Assembly (NCBI GenBank): GCA_032718475.1
Contig: JAUCBJ010000147.1
Span: forward strand, 1-64,000
Reading direction: 5' to 3'
Length of the DNA: 64,000 nucleotides
Source of the DNA: Nemertoderma westbladi
Taxonomy: Eukaryota > Animalia > Xenacoelomorpha
A program made the position numbers and the translations under genes. This document shows positions 24,987 through 37,600 of the stretch, piece after piece. Under the pieces are notes generated by a model. That model made no database searches, had not been told where the DNA came from, and worked only from the letters and a program-made list of their open reading frames with translations. Every line of letters starts with the position of its first letter. The first letter of the stretch is position 1.

Positions 24987-27949
24987 GTCTCATGACTAAT
25001 CTGATATTCTTGAATACAAATGATGTCGATGTAATATTCCATTGCCAGAGCTGCAATAATGTTTGCTAAGCAGTTTTAGAGTGCGTGCGTTCATTGTAGC
25101 AATATTTAGTGTCTTTCTAAGTTTCAACAGGTTGGTTCTCATTCTGCTCGACCTTCTTTCATTCACTGGGGTCGATAAAATGAGTACCTGTTGAATTACT
25201 GGGAACAAACCTTGGGATACGAGTAGCACCAGTCATACCTTCAGGTAGCAGCTACTGAAGAGGGAGACAGAAGCATATTCCAGTGGCACGTTATTCTAAC
25301 CAAAATGATAAACGAAAGTCAACAGAACAGGTTACAGTTTTATTTTTGGGAGTAACCAGCTGTTATTTGCGTCGATTTTTCCCTGGAGAGGGATGAATTT
25401 AGATTGCGACTAAAGGCCCTCCCTATCTTTGAGGAGATGCCTTCTTTTTTTACTATTGTATGTATAATGCAGATATTGATATATTATTCGAATTCCTAGA
25501 ACTTTTAATTCCTGTAAAGCTAACCTAGCATTGCTAATTATCTTGCACAAAATATAATGAAAGTATTATTTATTTCAGATGTAAAATTTAGAATTAAAGG
25601 AAACTGCAGCAGTCAAGAAGAATATAAGAAGAGCGGGCTCGCAAGTATTATTCTGGAGAGCGGCTGTAGATAATATGCAGCCGGCAGCCGCCACTATAGC
25701 CTACAAACTTTGGTTGGATGTGGCAGCAATTTGTAAATTGGGCTTTCAATTTTTATTGCAAGTGTGCGAACAAGGACTGTGATAACGTGTTGTTATTAAA
25801 TATATTATCAAACATTCAACTAAAAGTAATTACTGCAAATGCAGAAGTTGTTTCATCGACATTCTTTCACCTTTCATTTCACAGTCCACTGGTAATACCG
25901 GACATCACCTTACAGAAAGAACATCTCAGTTTGGGTAACCACTGCTACAGTACTTCGAAAAGGATAAACCTGCGCCATTCTGTCCATAAATGCGTCGGCC
26001 ACAAAGTCCACATTCAAATTAACATATTTCCAACATATTTTCCACCAGTTCTTGAGGATACATGTCTAGCGAGAGTTAGGGTGCTGACAGCATATTATAT
26101 TCCTGACAGACAGGTATGTCGGTGCATTACTTGGCCACAGTGATGAGCTCCAAATTGCACACCGAGCCTTGTATGTATTACAACTTCACCACCAGTAACA
26201 GTGTTTGCCATAACACTGCAATGTTACAAAATTTGTAACTCATAACTGCAAACATAATCCTTATTCCTTACATTTTTATTTTCTCAAGCTTGGTTTCTCC
26301 TTATTTATGATTGATCAGTGTCTAAATAGATAAATATACCCCTGTGTGTTAATTCATTATTGTTGCTATGTAAAACATCTGTCGTTAAGATAAATAGTGT
26401 TCTAGAAAAAATTGCTCAATGCGGACTATGTGAAATATAACATAATTTCAAATGGTTTATACAAGTTAACACTTTCAGCAAAAAAAACTGCAGTCATACC
26501 CAATTTGAACGGTGGTCGGTACTGTCTACTTGACTAAAAGCTATACTAGTACCCACAAGATAGCATGTAAAAAGCTATAAGTCATTTTTTCTAACCAAAA
26601 TAATAAACGAACACTTTTTAACAATTGAGGGAAAGGAGCTGGTTACATTAGCGCCAGGATTTTCTAAACAAAACAATATTGCTAGAGTAGGCCTTTGCAG
26701 GCTGTAGGCATGGTATAATACAGTATATATCACAATATAGTCGTGGTAAATTACAACAGAAATCGAGACAGCCGGAAGTACTTAATGCTGCGCAGTACCG
26801 AAACTATACTCTTTGCTCTGGTTCCGCGTCATTACCTAAGACTCAGCATCAGCACCACATAACCAAAGTCCGCAAGGGGTGTAAACGCAACGCCGACAAC
26901 CGACTACCGACAACCAACGCCGACAACCATTAAAGCTAATTAATGTTATTTATTAATTGAGGGAAAGGAACAGGTTACAGTGGAAGGTTATTCTAACCAA
27001 AACAATAAACGAGAGTCACGAACTCAGGTTCGTGATATTTTCATATTTACTGTTGTCGGCAGTGGTTGTCGGCGTAGCGTTTACACCCGTCCGCACGCCT
27101 ATAATGACGCGTTACCTATACATACTATACTGTAATACCGATAACGGTACTACTAAAAACAGGACAACAGTAGTAGGAACTGGTATCGGGACATAATGAG
27201 TAAAAAAGCAAAAAAAGGTGTTACTGTATAATGAGTAAAAAAAAAGGGGTCATAAAAAAATATTTTTATAATTTATTAAACAATAATTGTACAGACGGTA
27301 GGTACTTTGCCCAATGTTTCGTTTTTCATTCCTAAACTAACTGCCTTGGATAGGCGTGTGATTTATTACAGCACATTGATAGCAATAATGGATCCGTCCA
27401 TTGCAAACTTGGGGCAAACTTGTAACTTTTATTTGTATCCTAGCTATTGTATATTTACTGTTTCGAGTTTTAATTTCCATGGACATCCGACCCGACACCC
27501 CGTCGCCGCCGCCAGCTGCTCGTGCTCGACAAGTTCTAACGAATTCTGAAAGTATTTAAAGCAGTCGAATAGGGTTGGCAGGTTGGTGCGCGAAAAAATT
27601 GTTAGGCTAGAAACAATTGGCACAGAAATTTTGTTGAGAACTAACCCTATTCGCAATTCTTTCCATTGCTAAAAGTATCATCAATATTTACATAACAACC
27701 TGGTTTATTGGATAATGTAAACTTTTATTCGGCCCAGATGGTCAGGAATTACGCTTTAAGTTTGACGAATTATTTCCTGTGCGTTTTCTCTTCCAGAGCC
27801 AGAACTACAGTACTCAAGCCCAAGGCAATGTATTAAACCACAACACCATCATTAATAGAAACGCAAATAGTACAGTATAATAAACACCCCATAAACAAGC
27901 GTAGAGTGATTATTGTTATTATTGTTATATTGTTATTATAAAACTTTTA

Positions 27950-28283
27950 TTAGCAAGTCGTAGGACTTGATTACTGTAAGAATTGTTGGCTGATTGACTG
28001 GCTGGCTGGCTGGCTGACTGGCTGGCTGGCTGGCTGGCTGATCTACAGCCAAAACTACTCTAACGATTTTGATGAAATTTTCACAGCGGCTAGATACCGC
28101 GATTCTAAGGTCCCTGGTATGTTCCGCTATTTCGTCCATGAGCCGTGGGCTCGAAAAATAGACATAAACGAAAAAACGCCATAGGCGCAATGGTAAAATA
28201 ACACCAATGACAGCTTGTTGATGGAATTTACATTTGATTGATGACTTCCGACTTGCTTAACGGCGTCTTGACGCCGTCTCTAG
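27950..28283 (+). mobile_element. 334-bp non-autonomous Helitron/Helentron (DINE/HINE-like) insertion present only in copy 2
   Basis: Empty site CTTTTA|TAATTT in copy 1 (~13497); no TSD; subterminal IR AGCAAGTCG/CGACTTGCT, (GGCT)n microsatellite, 3' hairpin ACGGCGTC-TT-GACGCCGT, CTAG end. Confidence 0.88.
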
Positions 28284-29071
28284 TAATTTATTGTATTGTT
28301 CAGGATGTGGACATAAATGGGCATAATATTTCCCATTCTGTATGCCTAACTGTGCTTCTTTGCAGATTATCGTGCGTGTGTGCTGTGCAGTTTTACTGCC
28401 CCACAATGCCTAATCTAAAATCACATACCGGTACGGCAGTACGGCGGTACCCAGGTACCGCGGTGCCATGCTGCCATGCATACGGCTGTATGGATAATTC
28501 TCCATACCATAGGCTGATAGGAGTCTATTTATTACTGTATTACAGTATTAGGCCTACTGTATTAGCTGATTCTGTGATTAGGGCAACATACTGCAGTACT
28601 GACATACGCAAATCCGCTCTATAGCAGATTTTGACCCCTTCATCTGTATACAGTAATAATAAACAAAAGTCATTAGGCCTAGAACTGCCATACAGGTTAG
28701 GCCTACAGTTTTATTTTAGAAAGTAATCATCTGTTATACAGTTATATGTTATAGGCTGATAGGCCTACTATAATTAGGCAGTTAGGTACCGGTAGATTTT
28801 CCTCTAGACTTCTAGTGGCTAGAGAGGGATGCATTGTTTGATTGTGTCAAAAATCCGGAATAATAATTAAAAATAGGCCTCTATCATGGAATAGGCCTAC
28901 TCCATGCCTCTATACAATAATAATGTATTCCGGAATTATTACCAACAATAGTTTCTAGGCCTACTCCATGTCAGCCTGTACTCTACATTCTGACAATACA
29001 TACCGGTAGCAGCATCTGAGCGTAGAGTTAAAGATTTATAGCCCCTTTATAAGCATATTTATAATCGGATA

Positions 29072-32000
29072 ATGGCGCCAGAATATCCGTTTAAAGCGGA
29101 ATACGCTAAAAGCGGTAGAGCTTCTTGCAAAGGGTGCAAGGAAGGAATCGGTCAAGGAGTCCTGAGGTTGGCTATCATGGTCCAGTCGCCATTCTTCGAC
29201 GGCCGCCAGGCGAACTGGTACCATCAAAAGTGCTTCTTTAAGAAGCAGAAGCCCAAACACCACACCGTAATCGAGGGGTTTGCAAATCTCCGCTGGGATG
29301 ACCAAGAAAAAATAAAAGAGAGCATAGGAGATACGGGCGTTCCAGAACCTCAAGCGTCCACAATTAAGAAAGGCAAAGCGAAAAGTAAAACAAAGGAGGT
29401 TAAAACTGATTCCAACGGGATGGTAGTTGCGTTTCTAACAGAGTTTCATGTGGAATATTCAAAGTCAAGTCGGGCTTTATGTCGGGTGTGTGACAACCCC
29501 ATCATAAAGAAGGAGGTTAGAATGTCCAAGAAGGAAGCGGATGCGCGTTATGGGATGCTCGATGCTTGGCATCATGTCGAGTGTTTCGCGGAGAATTTAG
29601 ACGAACTCGGATTCACCTACAATATAGCGGATGTGGATGGTTTCACGGCTTTAACAGAAGACGATCGTAATAAATTGCTTTCTGTTCTGCCGTCTACAAA
29701 TAAAGTCGTAGTTGGGTCTAAACGAAAGCCAACTGTGGAAAAGGATATACCGATAGTGAAAAAACCAAAACCAGCACTTTCTGCAATGGATAAAAAGTTA
29801 AAAGAACAGAGCAGTTTATTGTGGGGTATCAAAGATGCCTTACAAGCCGCCCTTTCTGGCCCTCAGATGAAGAGTTTACTGGCCCATAATAGTCAGTATG
29901 TGCCTGTGACTGGACAGGCGGCTGACGCCTGTGTCGATATGCTCGCATTCGGACCTCTGGAGCCTTGTGGTCAGTGCACCACAGACGGTCTGGTCAGTCT
30001 GCTAGATGGGGCGGATGGGTATAAATGTCATGGGCAAATCTCAGAATGGACCAAATGTTTCTACAGGACGCAGAGTCCTGCAAGAAGATCCAACTTCTCT
30101 ATCCCCAAGGGTCTGCGTTTCTGCGAATATTTGAAGGACTTTAAGTTTAAGAAGAGAGAGCGGTTGTTCCCTGTGGGGGTTGGATTGACGACTAACGAAG
30201 CACCGGTGCGATCCTCTTCAAGCGTTCCCGCTCCCGAGACCGGGAAACCGCTACGTGGCTGCGCAATATCTATCCTGGGGAAACTCACAAAAACCAAAGC
30301 CACTGTGAAACAGTCCGTGGAGAATCTTGGAGGGCGACTTCAGGATAAAATAGACGGAAGTCTCGTGGGAATACTCTCTAGCGAAGCCGAGTTGGAGAAA
30401 ATGTCCCGCAAGATGAAAGCCGCCAAAGAGTTCGAAGTTAATATCATTTCTATCGACTTTCTGGAAGCTGTGGAAAAGAAGGAAGATGCCGAAACTGTAG
30501 CTAACCTGGTAGAGAAGCACACGATTAGCGAATGGAAGTCAGACCCCACGTCGAAAATAAAGAAGGTTGAAGTTAAGAGCTTATTAAAAAAGCAGAAGAG
30601 TAGAGAAGAGAAGATGTTTAAGAGTTCAGTGAAGTCGTTGAAGGTAACGGTGAAGGGTGGGGCTGCGGTGGACCCTGAGTCGGGACTGGAAGACAATGGA
30701 CAGGTACTGAAGGACATGAACGGGCTACACACCGCCGTGCTGGGGAAGGTAGACTTAGTACAGGGTCAAAACAGTTACTACAAACTTCAGGTGATAGAGA
30801 AGGAACGGGGAGGACCCAAGTGGAATGTGTTCCGTTCCTGGGGACGGGTTGGAACTACGATAGGCGGCTCGAGGGTCGACACTTTTGGCTCGAAACTCGA
30901 GGCCAAACAGTTCTTCCAGGAGCATTACTTAGAGAAGTCGGGTAATAATTGGGCGGATCGGGATAATTTCGTGAAGAAACCGCGGTGTTTCTTCCCGTTG
31001 GACATCGATTACTCCACGCAAGAGGATGACAACGAGTCATCTGCGCGACTACGGGACTCTGGGAGCGAGTCCAAGCTGGCAAAACCCATCCAGGACATCG
31101 TGAAAATGATATTCGATATCGAGACAATGAAGAAAACCTTGGTTGAGTTTGAGATAGACCTTGAAAAAATGCCACTGGGTAAATTGTCCAAAAAGCATAT
31201 TGAGGGCGCTTACGTTGTGCTGACGGAGTTGCAAGGGATACTCACTGACGATAACCCGGGAGGAAGACAAGTGAAACTCATCGACGCTTCCAATCGCTTC
31301 TACACGCTGATTCCGCACTCATTCGGCCTCGAGCAAATCCCCTTGTTGGACACAGAGGAATCGATAAAAGAGAAAACTGCAATGCTGGATAACCTCCTGG
31401 AGATGGAGGTCGCTTATAGTCTACTGAAAGGTACTAAGGTGGAGGCCGGCACTGACCCAATGGATGCTCATTATAATAAGTTGAAGTGCGAGATGGGAGT
31501 TGTAGATAAAGAGAGTGAAACTTTCAGTATGATCAAGGAATTCATCACCAACACTCATGCCAAGACACACTCCGGATACACGTTGGAGTTATTAGACGCT
31601 TTTGAGATTCAGCGCCAAGGCGAGGCACAGCGTTTCAAGCCGTTTAAGGACCTCCCTAATCGCAAGCTGTTGTGGCACGGCTCTCGCGTTACCAATTACG
31701 CCGGTATCCTATCGCAAGGCCTCCGTATCGCTCCTCCCGAGGCTCCATCCACCGGATACATGTTCGGTAAGGGGATCTACTTCGCCGATATGGTGTCCAA
31801 ATCGGCCAACTACTGCTCCACTTCCCCTTCCGCTAACACCGCTCTCATGTTGTTATGCGATGTAGCGCTCGGTAATATGATGGAGAAGACGCAGGCCCAT
31901 TACGTCGACAAGCTGCCCAAAGGGAAACACTCGATGAAGGGTTGTGGGAGAACCTGCCCCGATCCCAAACAGGATAGGGTCATAGACGGAGGTGTAGTCG

Positions 32001-32143
32001 TCCCCATGGGAACGTCTTTCAATACAGGTACCACGAACTCTAGTCTACTGTACAACGAGTATATTGTCTACGATGTCGGCCAAGTGTCCATGAAGTACCT
32101 CCTGAAACTAAAGTTCAACTATAAAAATTTGTACGGATTTTAA
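29072..32143 (+). CDS. PARP1: Poly(ADP-ribose) polymerase 1, single-exon CDS, copy 2
   Basis: Translation identical to 14286-17357. Confidence 0.98.
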   Translation: MAPEYPFKAEYAKSGRASCKGCKEGIGQGVLRLAIMVQSPFFDGRQANWYHQKCFFKKQKPKHHTVIEGFANLRWDDQEKIKESIGDTGVPEPQASTIKKGKAKSKTKEVKTDSNGMVVAFLTEFHVEYSKSSRALCRVCDNPIIKKEVRMSKKEADARYGMLDAWHHVECFAENLDELGFTYNIADVDGFTALTEDDRNKLLSVLPSTNKVVVGSKRKPTVEKDIPIVKKPKPALSAMDKKLKEQSSLLWGIKDALQAALSGPQMKSLLAHNSQYVPVTGQAADACVDMLAFGPLEPCGQCTTDGLVSLLDGADGYKCHGQISEWTKCFYRTQSPARRSNFSIPKGLRFCEYLKDFKFKKRERLFPVGVGLTTNEAPVRSSSSVPAPETGKPLRGCAISILGKLTKTKATVKQSVENLGGRLQDKIDGSLVGILSSEAELEKMSRKMKAAKEFEVNIISIDFLEAVEKKEDAETVANLVEKHTISEWKSDPTSKIKKVEVKSLLKKQKSREEKMFKSSVKSLKVTVKGGAAVDPESGLEDNGQVLKDMNGLHTAVLGKVDLVQGQNSYYKLQVIEKERGGPKWNVFRSWGRVGTTIGGSRVDTFGSKLEAKQFFQEHYLEKSGNNWADRDNFVKKPRCFFPLDIDYSTQEDDNESSARLRDSGSESKLAKPIQDIVKMIFDIETMKKTLVEFEIDLEKMPLGKLSKKHIEGAYVVLTELQGILTDDNPGGRQVKLIDASNRFYTLIPHSFGLEQIPLLDTEESIKEKTAMLDNLLEMEVAYSLLKGTKVEAGTDPMDAHYNKLKCEMGVVDKESETFSMIKEFITNTHAKTHSGYTLELLDAFEIQRQGEAQRFKPFKDLPNRKLLWHGSRVTNYAGILSQGLRIAPPEAPSTGYMFGKGIYFADMVSKSANYCSTSPSANTALMLLCDVALGNMMEKTQAHYVDKLPKGKHSMKGCGRTCPDPKQDRVIDGGVVVPMGTSFNTGTTNSSLLYNEYIVYDVGQVSMKYLLKLKFNYKNLYGF

Positions 32144-34607
32144 TTCTCTGGAAATATAGTTTCTTGAAGGGCGTCGAAACTCATATAACCTACGACCACA
32201 CACTTACTCCCCGACTGTCTCCATTAACCGGGAGGTTAAATACAGGTTTAGCAGTTTTAAACTTACTTGTCCGGGAATCGTGCTTCCTTTACTTTAATCC
32301 TGTGGTCAATCAGTCGAACTTTGTATAGTAAATATGAACTTGTAACGATTTGCCTCGGTATTTTAATACCCCGGTAATACAAAGATTCTACGAATTAATC
32401 ATAATGAAACTGTGATTGACCGATTGTTTGAAATCGGCAGAACTCCTTAAAAACTAAATAGTACCGGTACATTATTTTAAATAAGATATTATTATACCTA
32501 TCTCTATAATCTATACAGCCTATATATCTCGTACATTATACCTATATTATCGATCATAATATGATTTACTAACTTTAAAAATATATTTAAATGTTTCAAT
32601 AATTAGTGCGGGTGGGGGGGGGGGGGTGGTCATTGCTCGCTATGGATATAACCTACGTAAAATAGACTGAGAAGACCTGTGTAATATTGTTTCTAATCTA
32701 TATGCATTGTATTAAGGTTTTAATTACGAATTCAGTTTTTCATCAGCAATCGTTTCCAAATGTTACAATTTATGATTAAATCTTAACTTTACTTTTGCAA
32801 TGTGAAGAAAATTGGCCTAATTAGAGACGATATTTTTTTGGAAAAAAAGTTTATCTAGAACAAAGTAAATATTATTCGGAAAGCTCAGAGTCTGCGGAAT
32901 TCAATTTATAGTATCATCGGAGCTTAATAAAATGTTATTAAACACTGCCTAACTTTCTGTTAACAACTTCCTGTAAATAAACAATAATTATTCCAACAGA
33001 TTTTCTAATAATCGCATCGCGTGAGACATTTCCTTGCCTAATTTTTGTTGGGCACAGCTTTGCAAAGTCGGCAATGATGTCCAAGTGGATCGAACTGGTG
33101 ACCTCCGGGTTGGAAATCTGACGCAATAACCATTCAGCTAGCGGTTCAGGTAAAAGATAGACCTGGAAATACTACCTGATACCTTGTATGTCCGCGTTTT
33201 ACCTCCTCATGGCCTTACACCTGTTTTTCCTTGCCTGTAGCTATAACGAGAATGCGGTTACAAATAGAGGCCATTTTTTGGTATTCATGATACTACCAAT
33301 ACCAAAACCACATTGCAATGGCGGCGCAGGAGCACTTAGTGAGAAGTGCGACCGAGTTATCATAAAAAAAAGAAGCAAAGACAATTTCGGAACTGTTAAT
33401 CGTTAATCGGAGCAGTTTAGTACGGTACGGCTATTCCAGATTTATTAATGGTGATTGAATTGTTCGTTTTAATGTAGTGTTAATGTAATAGAACAATGAA
33501 AATCAGTATGTTATTGTTTGCCATATTTTTTGGTATTATTTTTATTAATGTAGGCCTATATACTCTTTCTTGTAATAACTTTTCTCTGCTGACTACGCTA
33601 AATTTTAGTAAGGTTGTTCCTATAAGCTTTGTATTCCGATAGTTTTGGCGGCCGTTTGACTTTGCCATTAATATATAATATTAGTATATTATAATATTAA
33701 AATATAATATTAATTTCTATAATAATTTATAATTAGTATAAAAGCCGTTAACATTCCAGGGTGTACTTTTATAGGTCCGCCATATGTTTCAAGTAGTCTG
33801 TATGATGTACTGTACTGTTGGTAACAGTCACATAAAAATCCAGGTTATATGGTTACGAGATCCCAGTTCCGGTTTATAGTTAGTTTTTAATTACTTGTAG
33901 TCAGTATCAGCTAGTGTTACATAAGAGAGCAACTTAATGAATTATTCTAATTCCAGACTTAACAAGCACCAGATGCAATACCTATCATAGTATTTAATGG
34001 ACACTTTAGCAAACTACACAGTAAACAGTTTACATAACACAATACTTGCGCGATTGTTGCGCGAGTGTTATTGCCTCTTAAACTGCTGCAAGTGCCGTAC
34101 AATCGATAATTCCTTTCTATCGTAGTGGCGTAAAACATAGCAGAACACAACTGTCTCTGACCAATATATTCACGAAATCACTTAATAGATAGACTAGCAT
34201 TTTGTTTTTATGACTACAACAGTGTATACATACAGTACTAATATATTAATTCGTAATTTTCTCTTCTTTTATTTTAATTGTCGTAATTTTATTACTATCT
34301 TCTTTAAATTCGCTATTTTAACGGGCGACCATGTATGTTAATAAATTTCTTATTGTGTTCCATTCGATATTTTATCATATACTTTGTTATCACATCGTAC
34401 ACAACACACAGCCCACCACGTAAAATTACTAATATTTATATTATGTGTATTTCAGGGTTATCATTCAGTACTGTATTTACATTGTTTGTGCTCGAGGGTA
34501 TTTCTTTTATTATTTGTGTAACAACGGTGTACATGTATAATGTATAGCTCTGATGCATGTGTACTGTAAACTATATACATTTGGTTAATACGCAGTAGAT
34601 AAATGAG

Positions 34608-37600
34608 ATGGGAGACGAAAATTCGAAACCGATAATTAATGTGACTGTGGAATGTGAAGGAGAGAACACAGTTCTTTGTAAACCAGGTAGAGTGGTCAAT
34701 TCTACAACAGTAGCAGTGGAATTATTAATCATAACACCTTGCATCATAATACTTTACAACACCTTGCATCTCCCGCTACTAAATTTATATTCGGTTGTTT
34801 CAATAAATTTCAAAACACGGGAGTTGAACACCGCCTTGAATTGATTCCTAATGTAGGCCTAGGCCTATCATAATTTGAAAATGAATTATTAACGGTGCCG
34901 CGGAGAGGAAAAAATTCAACTTTAGAACTCAGCTATTCTTCGACAGTTTTCAGATATTGAGATTTTTCCACATTCTTTCTATAAAACATGCAGGAACCAC
35001 ATGAATGGTGCCTGAATCGTCCATCTGAACGAAACCCAATATAATGTAAAATAACCATCTGAGTATCAATAACACCAACTAATAGCGTTGGCCTATATCG
35101 CTGTTTGTTTTACAGGTGGCCCCTTATCAATAAGGGGGGAGATAAAGGTATCCGGGAAGCAGTACCGTAGAACCGACATCAGTAAGCTAACAGTAACATT
35201 ACACCAAATTACACGAATAACATTCACCGACCCTCCCAGCGGTGTCAAGTACGGGGCCAATGGATACCATATAACCAAGGGAATTCTCCAGTTAACAGAG
35301 GCGGGTAAATGGGACCCTCACAACACAACTATTGGCTACCTGGTTGTCTTGGAAAACGTTACAATGCCTAGTCACGAGGATTCTAATTCTAGAATTAGGT
35401 AAGTATGACAATTAAATGACTTACTGAAGTTAATAGCCTACCATATTATATAAAGTTACGAACTGTTGTACATAACAATGATTACCATAAGAAAATATTA
35501 TAATTCAGTAAATTAGTGAAAAATAATACATATTTAGGGCCCTTGCCCTACAATACAATAAGTACTTCGGCCTAATTATATTTGATTTAATGACAAGCTG
35601 CTAATATTAAAAAATCTTAACAAACTGTAGATGCAAGCGCAACAAATTATATCGGAATCTAATAGACCAGTGTTCAGGTGCCATCTGTCAGCTGATCGGA
35701 TCTGAATCTACTGGATCAGTGTTCAGGTGCCATCTGTCAGCTGATCGGATCTTAATCTACTGGATCAGTGTTCAGGTGCCATCTGTCAGCTGATCGGATC
35801 TGAATCTACTGGATCAGTGTTCAGGTGCCATCTGTCAGTTGATCGGATCGGAATCTACTGGATCAGTGTTCAGGTGCCATCTGTCAGCTGATCGGATCTG
35901 AATCTACTGGATCAGTGTTCAGGTGCCATCTGTCAGCTGATCGGATCTGAATCTACTGGATCAGTGTTCAGGTGCCATCTGTCAGTTGATCGGATCGGAA
36001 TCTACTGGATCAGTGTTCAGGTGCCACCTGTCAGCTGATCGGATCTGAATCTACTGGATCAGTGTTCAGGTGCCATCTGTCAGCTGATCGGATCTGAATA
36101 TACTGGGTCAGTGTTCAGGTGCCATCTGTCAGCTGATATGATCTGAATCTACTGGATCAGTGTTCAGGTGCCATCTGTCAGCTGATCGGATCTGAATCTA
36201 CTGGATCAGTGTTCAGGTGTCAGCTGATCGGATCGGAATCTACTGGATCAGTGTTCAGGTGCCATCTGTCAGCTGATCGGTTCTGAAGCTATTGGATCAG
36301 TGTTTAGGTGCCATCTGTCAGATGATCGGATCTGAATCTACTGGATCAGTGTTCAGGTGCCACCTGTCAGCTGATCGGATCTGAATCTACTGGATCAGTG
36401 TTCAGGTGCCATCTGTCAGCTGATCGGATCTGAATCTACTGGATCAGTTTTCAGGTGCCATCTGTCAGCTGATCGGATCTGAATCTACTGGATCAGAGTT
36501 CAGGTGTCATCTGTCAGCGGATCGGATCTGAATCTACTGGATCAGTGTTCAGGTGCCATCTGTCAGCTGATAGGATCTGAATCTACTGGATCAGTGTTCA
36601 GGTGCCATCTGTCAGCTGATAGGATCTGAATCTACTGGATCAGTGTTCAGGTGCCATCTGTCAGCTGATCGGATCTGAATCTACTGGATCAGTGTTCAGG
36701 TGCCATCTGTCAGCTGATCGGATCTGAATCTACTGGATCAGTGTTCAGGTGCCATCTGTCAGCTGATAGGATCTGAATCTACATGATCAGTGTTCAGGTG
36801 CCATCTGTCAGCTGCTCGGATCTGAATCTACTGGATGAGTGTTCAGGTGTCAGCTGATCGGATCTGAATCTACTGGATCAGTGTTAAGGTGTCTGCTGAT
36901 CGGATCGGAATCCACTGGATCAATGTTCTGGTGCCATCTGTCAGCTGATCGGATCTGAATCTACTGGATCAGTGTTTAGGTGCCATCTGTCAGCTGATCG
37001 GATCTGAATCTACTGGATCAGTGTTCAGGTGCCATCTGTCAGCTGATCGGATCTGAATCTACTGGATCAGTGTTCAGGTGCCATCTGTCAGTTGATCGGA
37101 TCGGAATCTACTGGATCAGTGTTCAGGTGCCATCTGTCAGTTGATCGGATCGGAATCTACTGGATCAGTGTTCAGGTGCCACCTGTCAGCTGATCGGATC
37201 TGAATCTACTGGATCAGTGTTCAGGTGCCACCTGTCAGCTGATCGGATCTGAATCTACTGGATCAGTGTTCAGGTGCCATCTGTCAGCTGATCGGATCTG
37301 AATCTACTGGATCAGTTTTCAGGTGCCATCTGTCAGCTGATCGGATCTGAATCTACTTGATCAGTGTTCAGGTGCCATCTGTCAGCTGATCGGATCTGAA
37401 TCTACTGGATCAGTGTTCAGGTGCCATCTGTCAGCTGATAGGATCTGAATCTACTGGATCAGTGTTCAGGTGCCATCTGTCAGCTGATAGGATCTGAATC
37501 TACTGGATCAGTGTTCAGGTGCCATCTGTCAGCTGATCGGATCTGAATCTACTGGATCAGTGTTCAGGTGCCATCTGTCAGCTGATCGGATCTGAATCTA

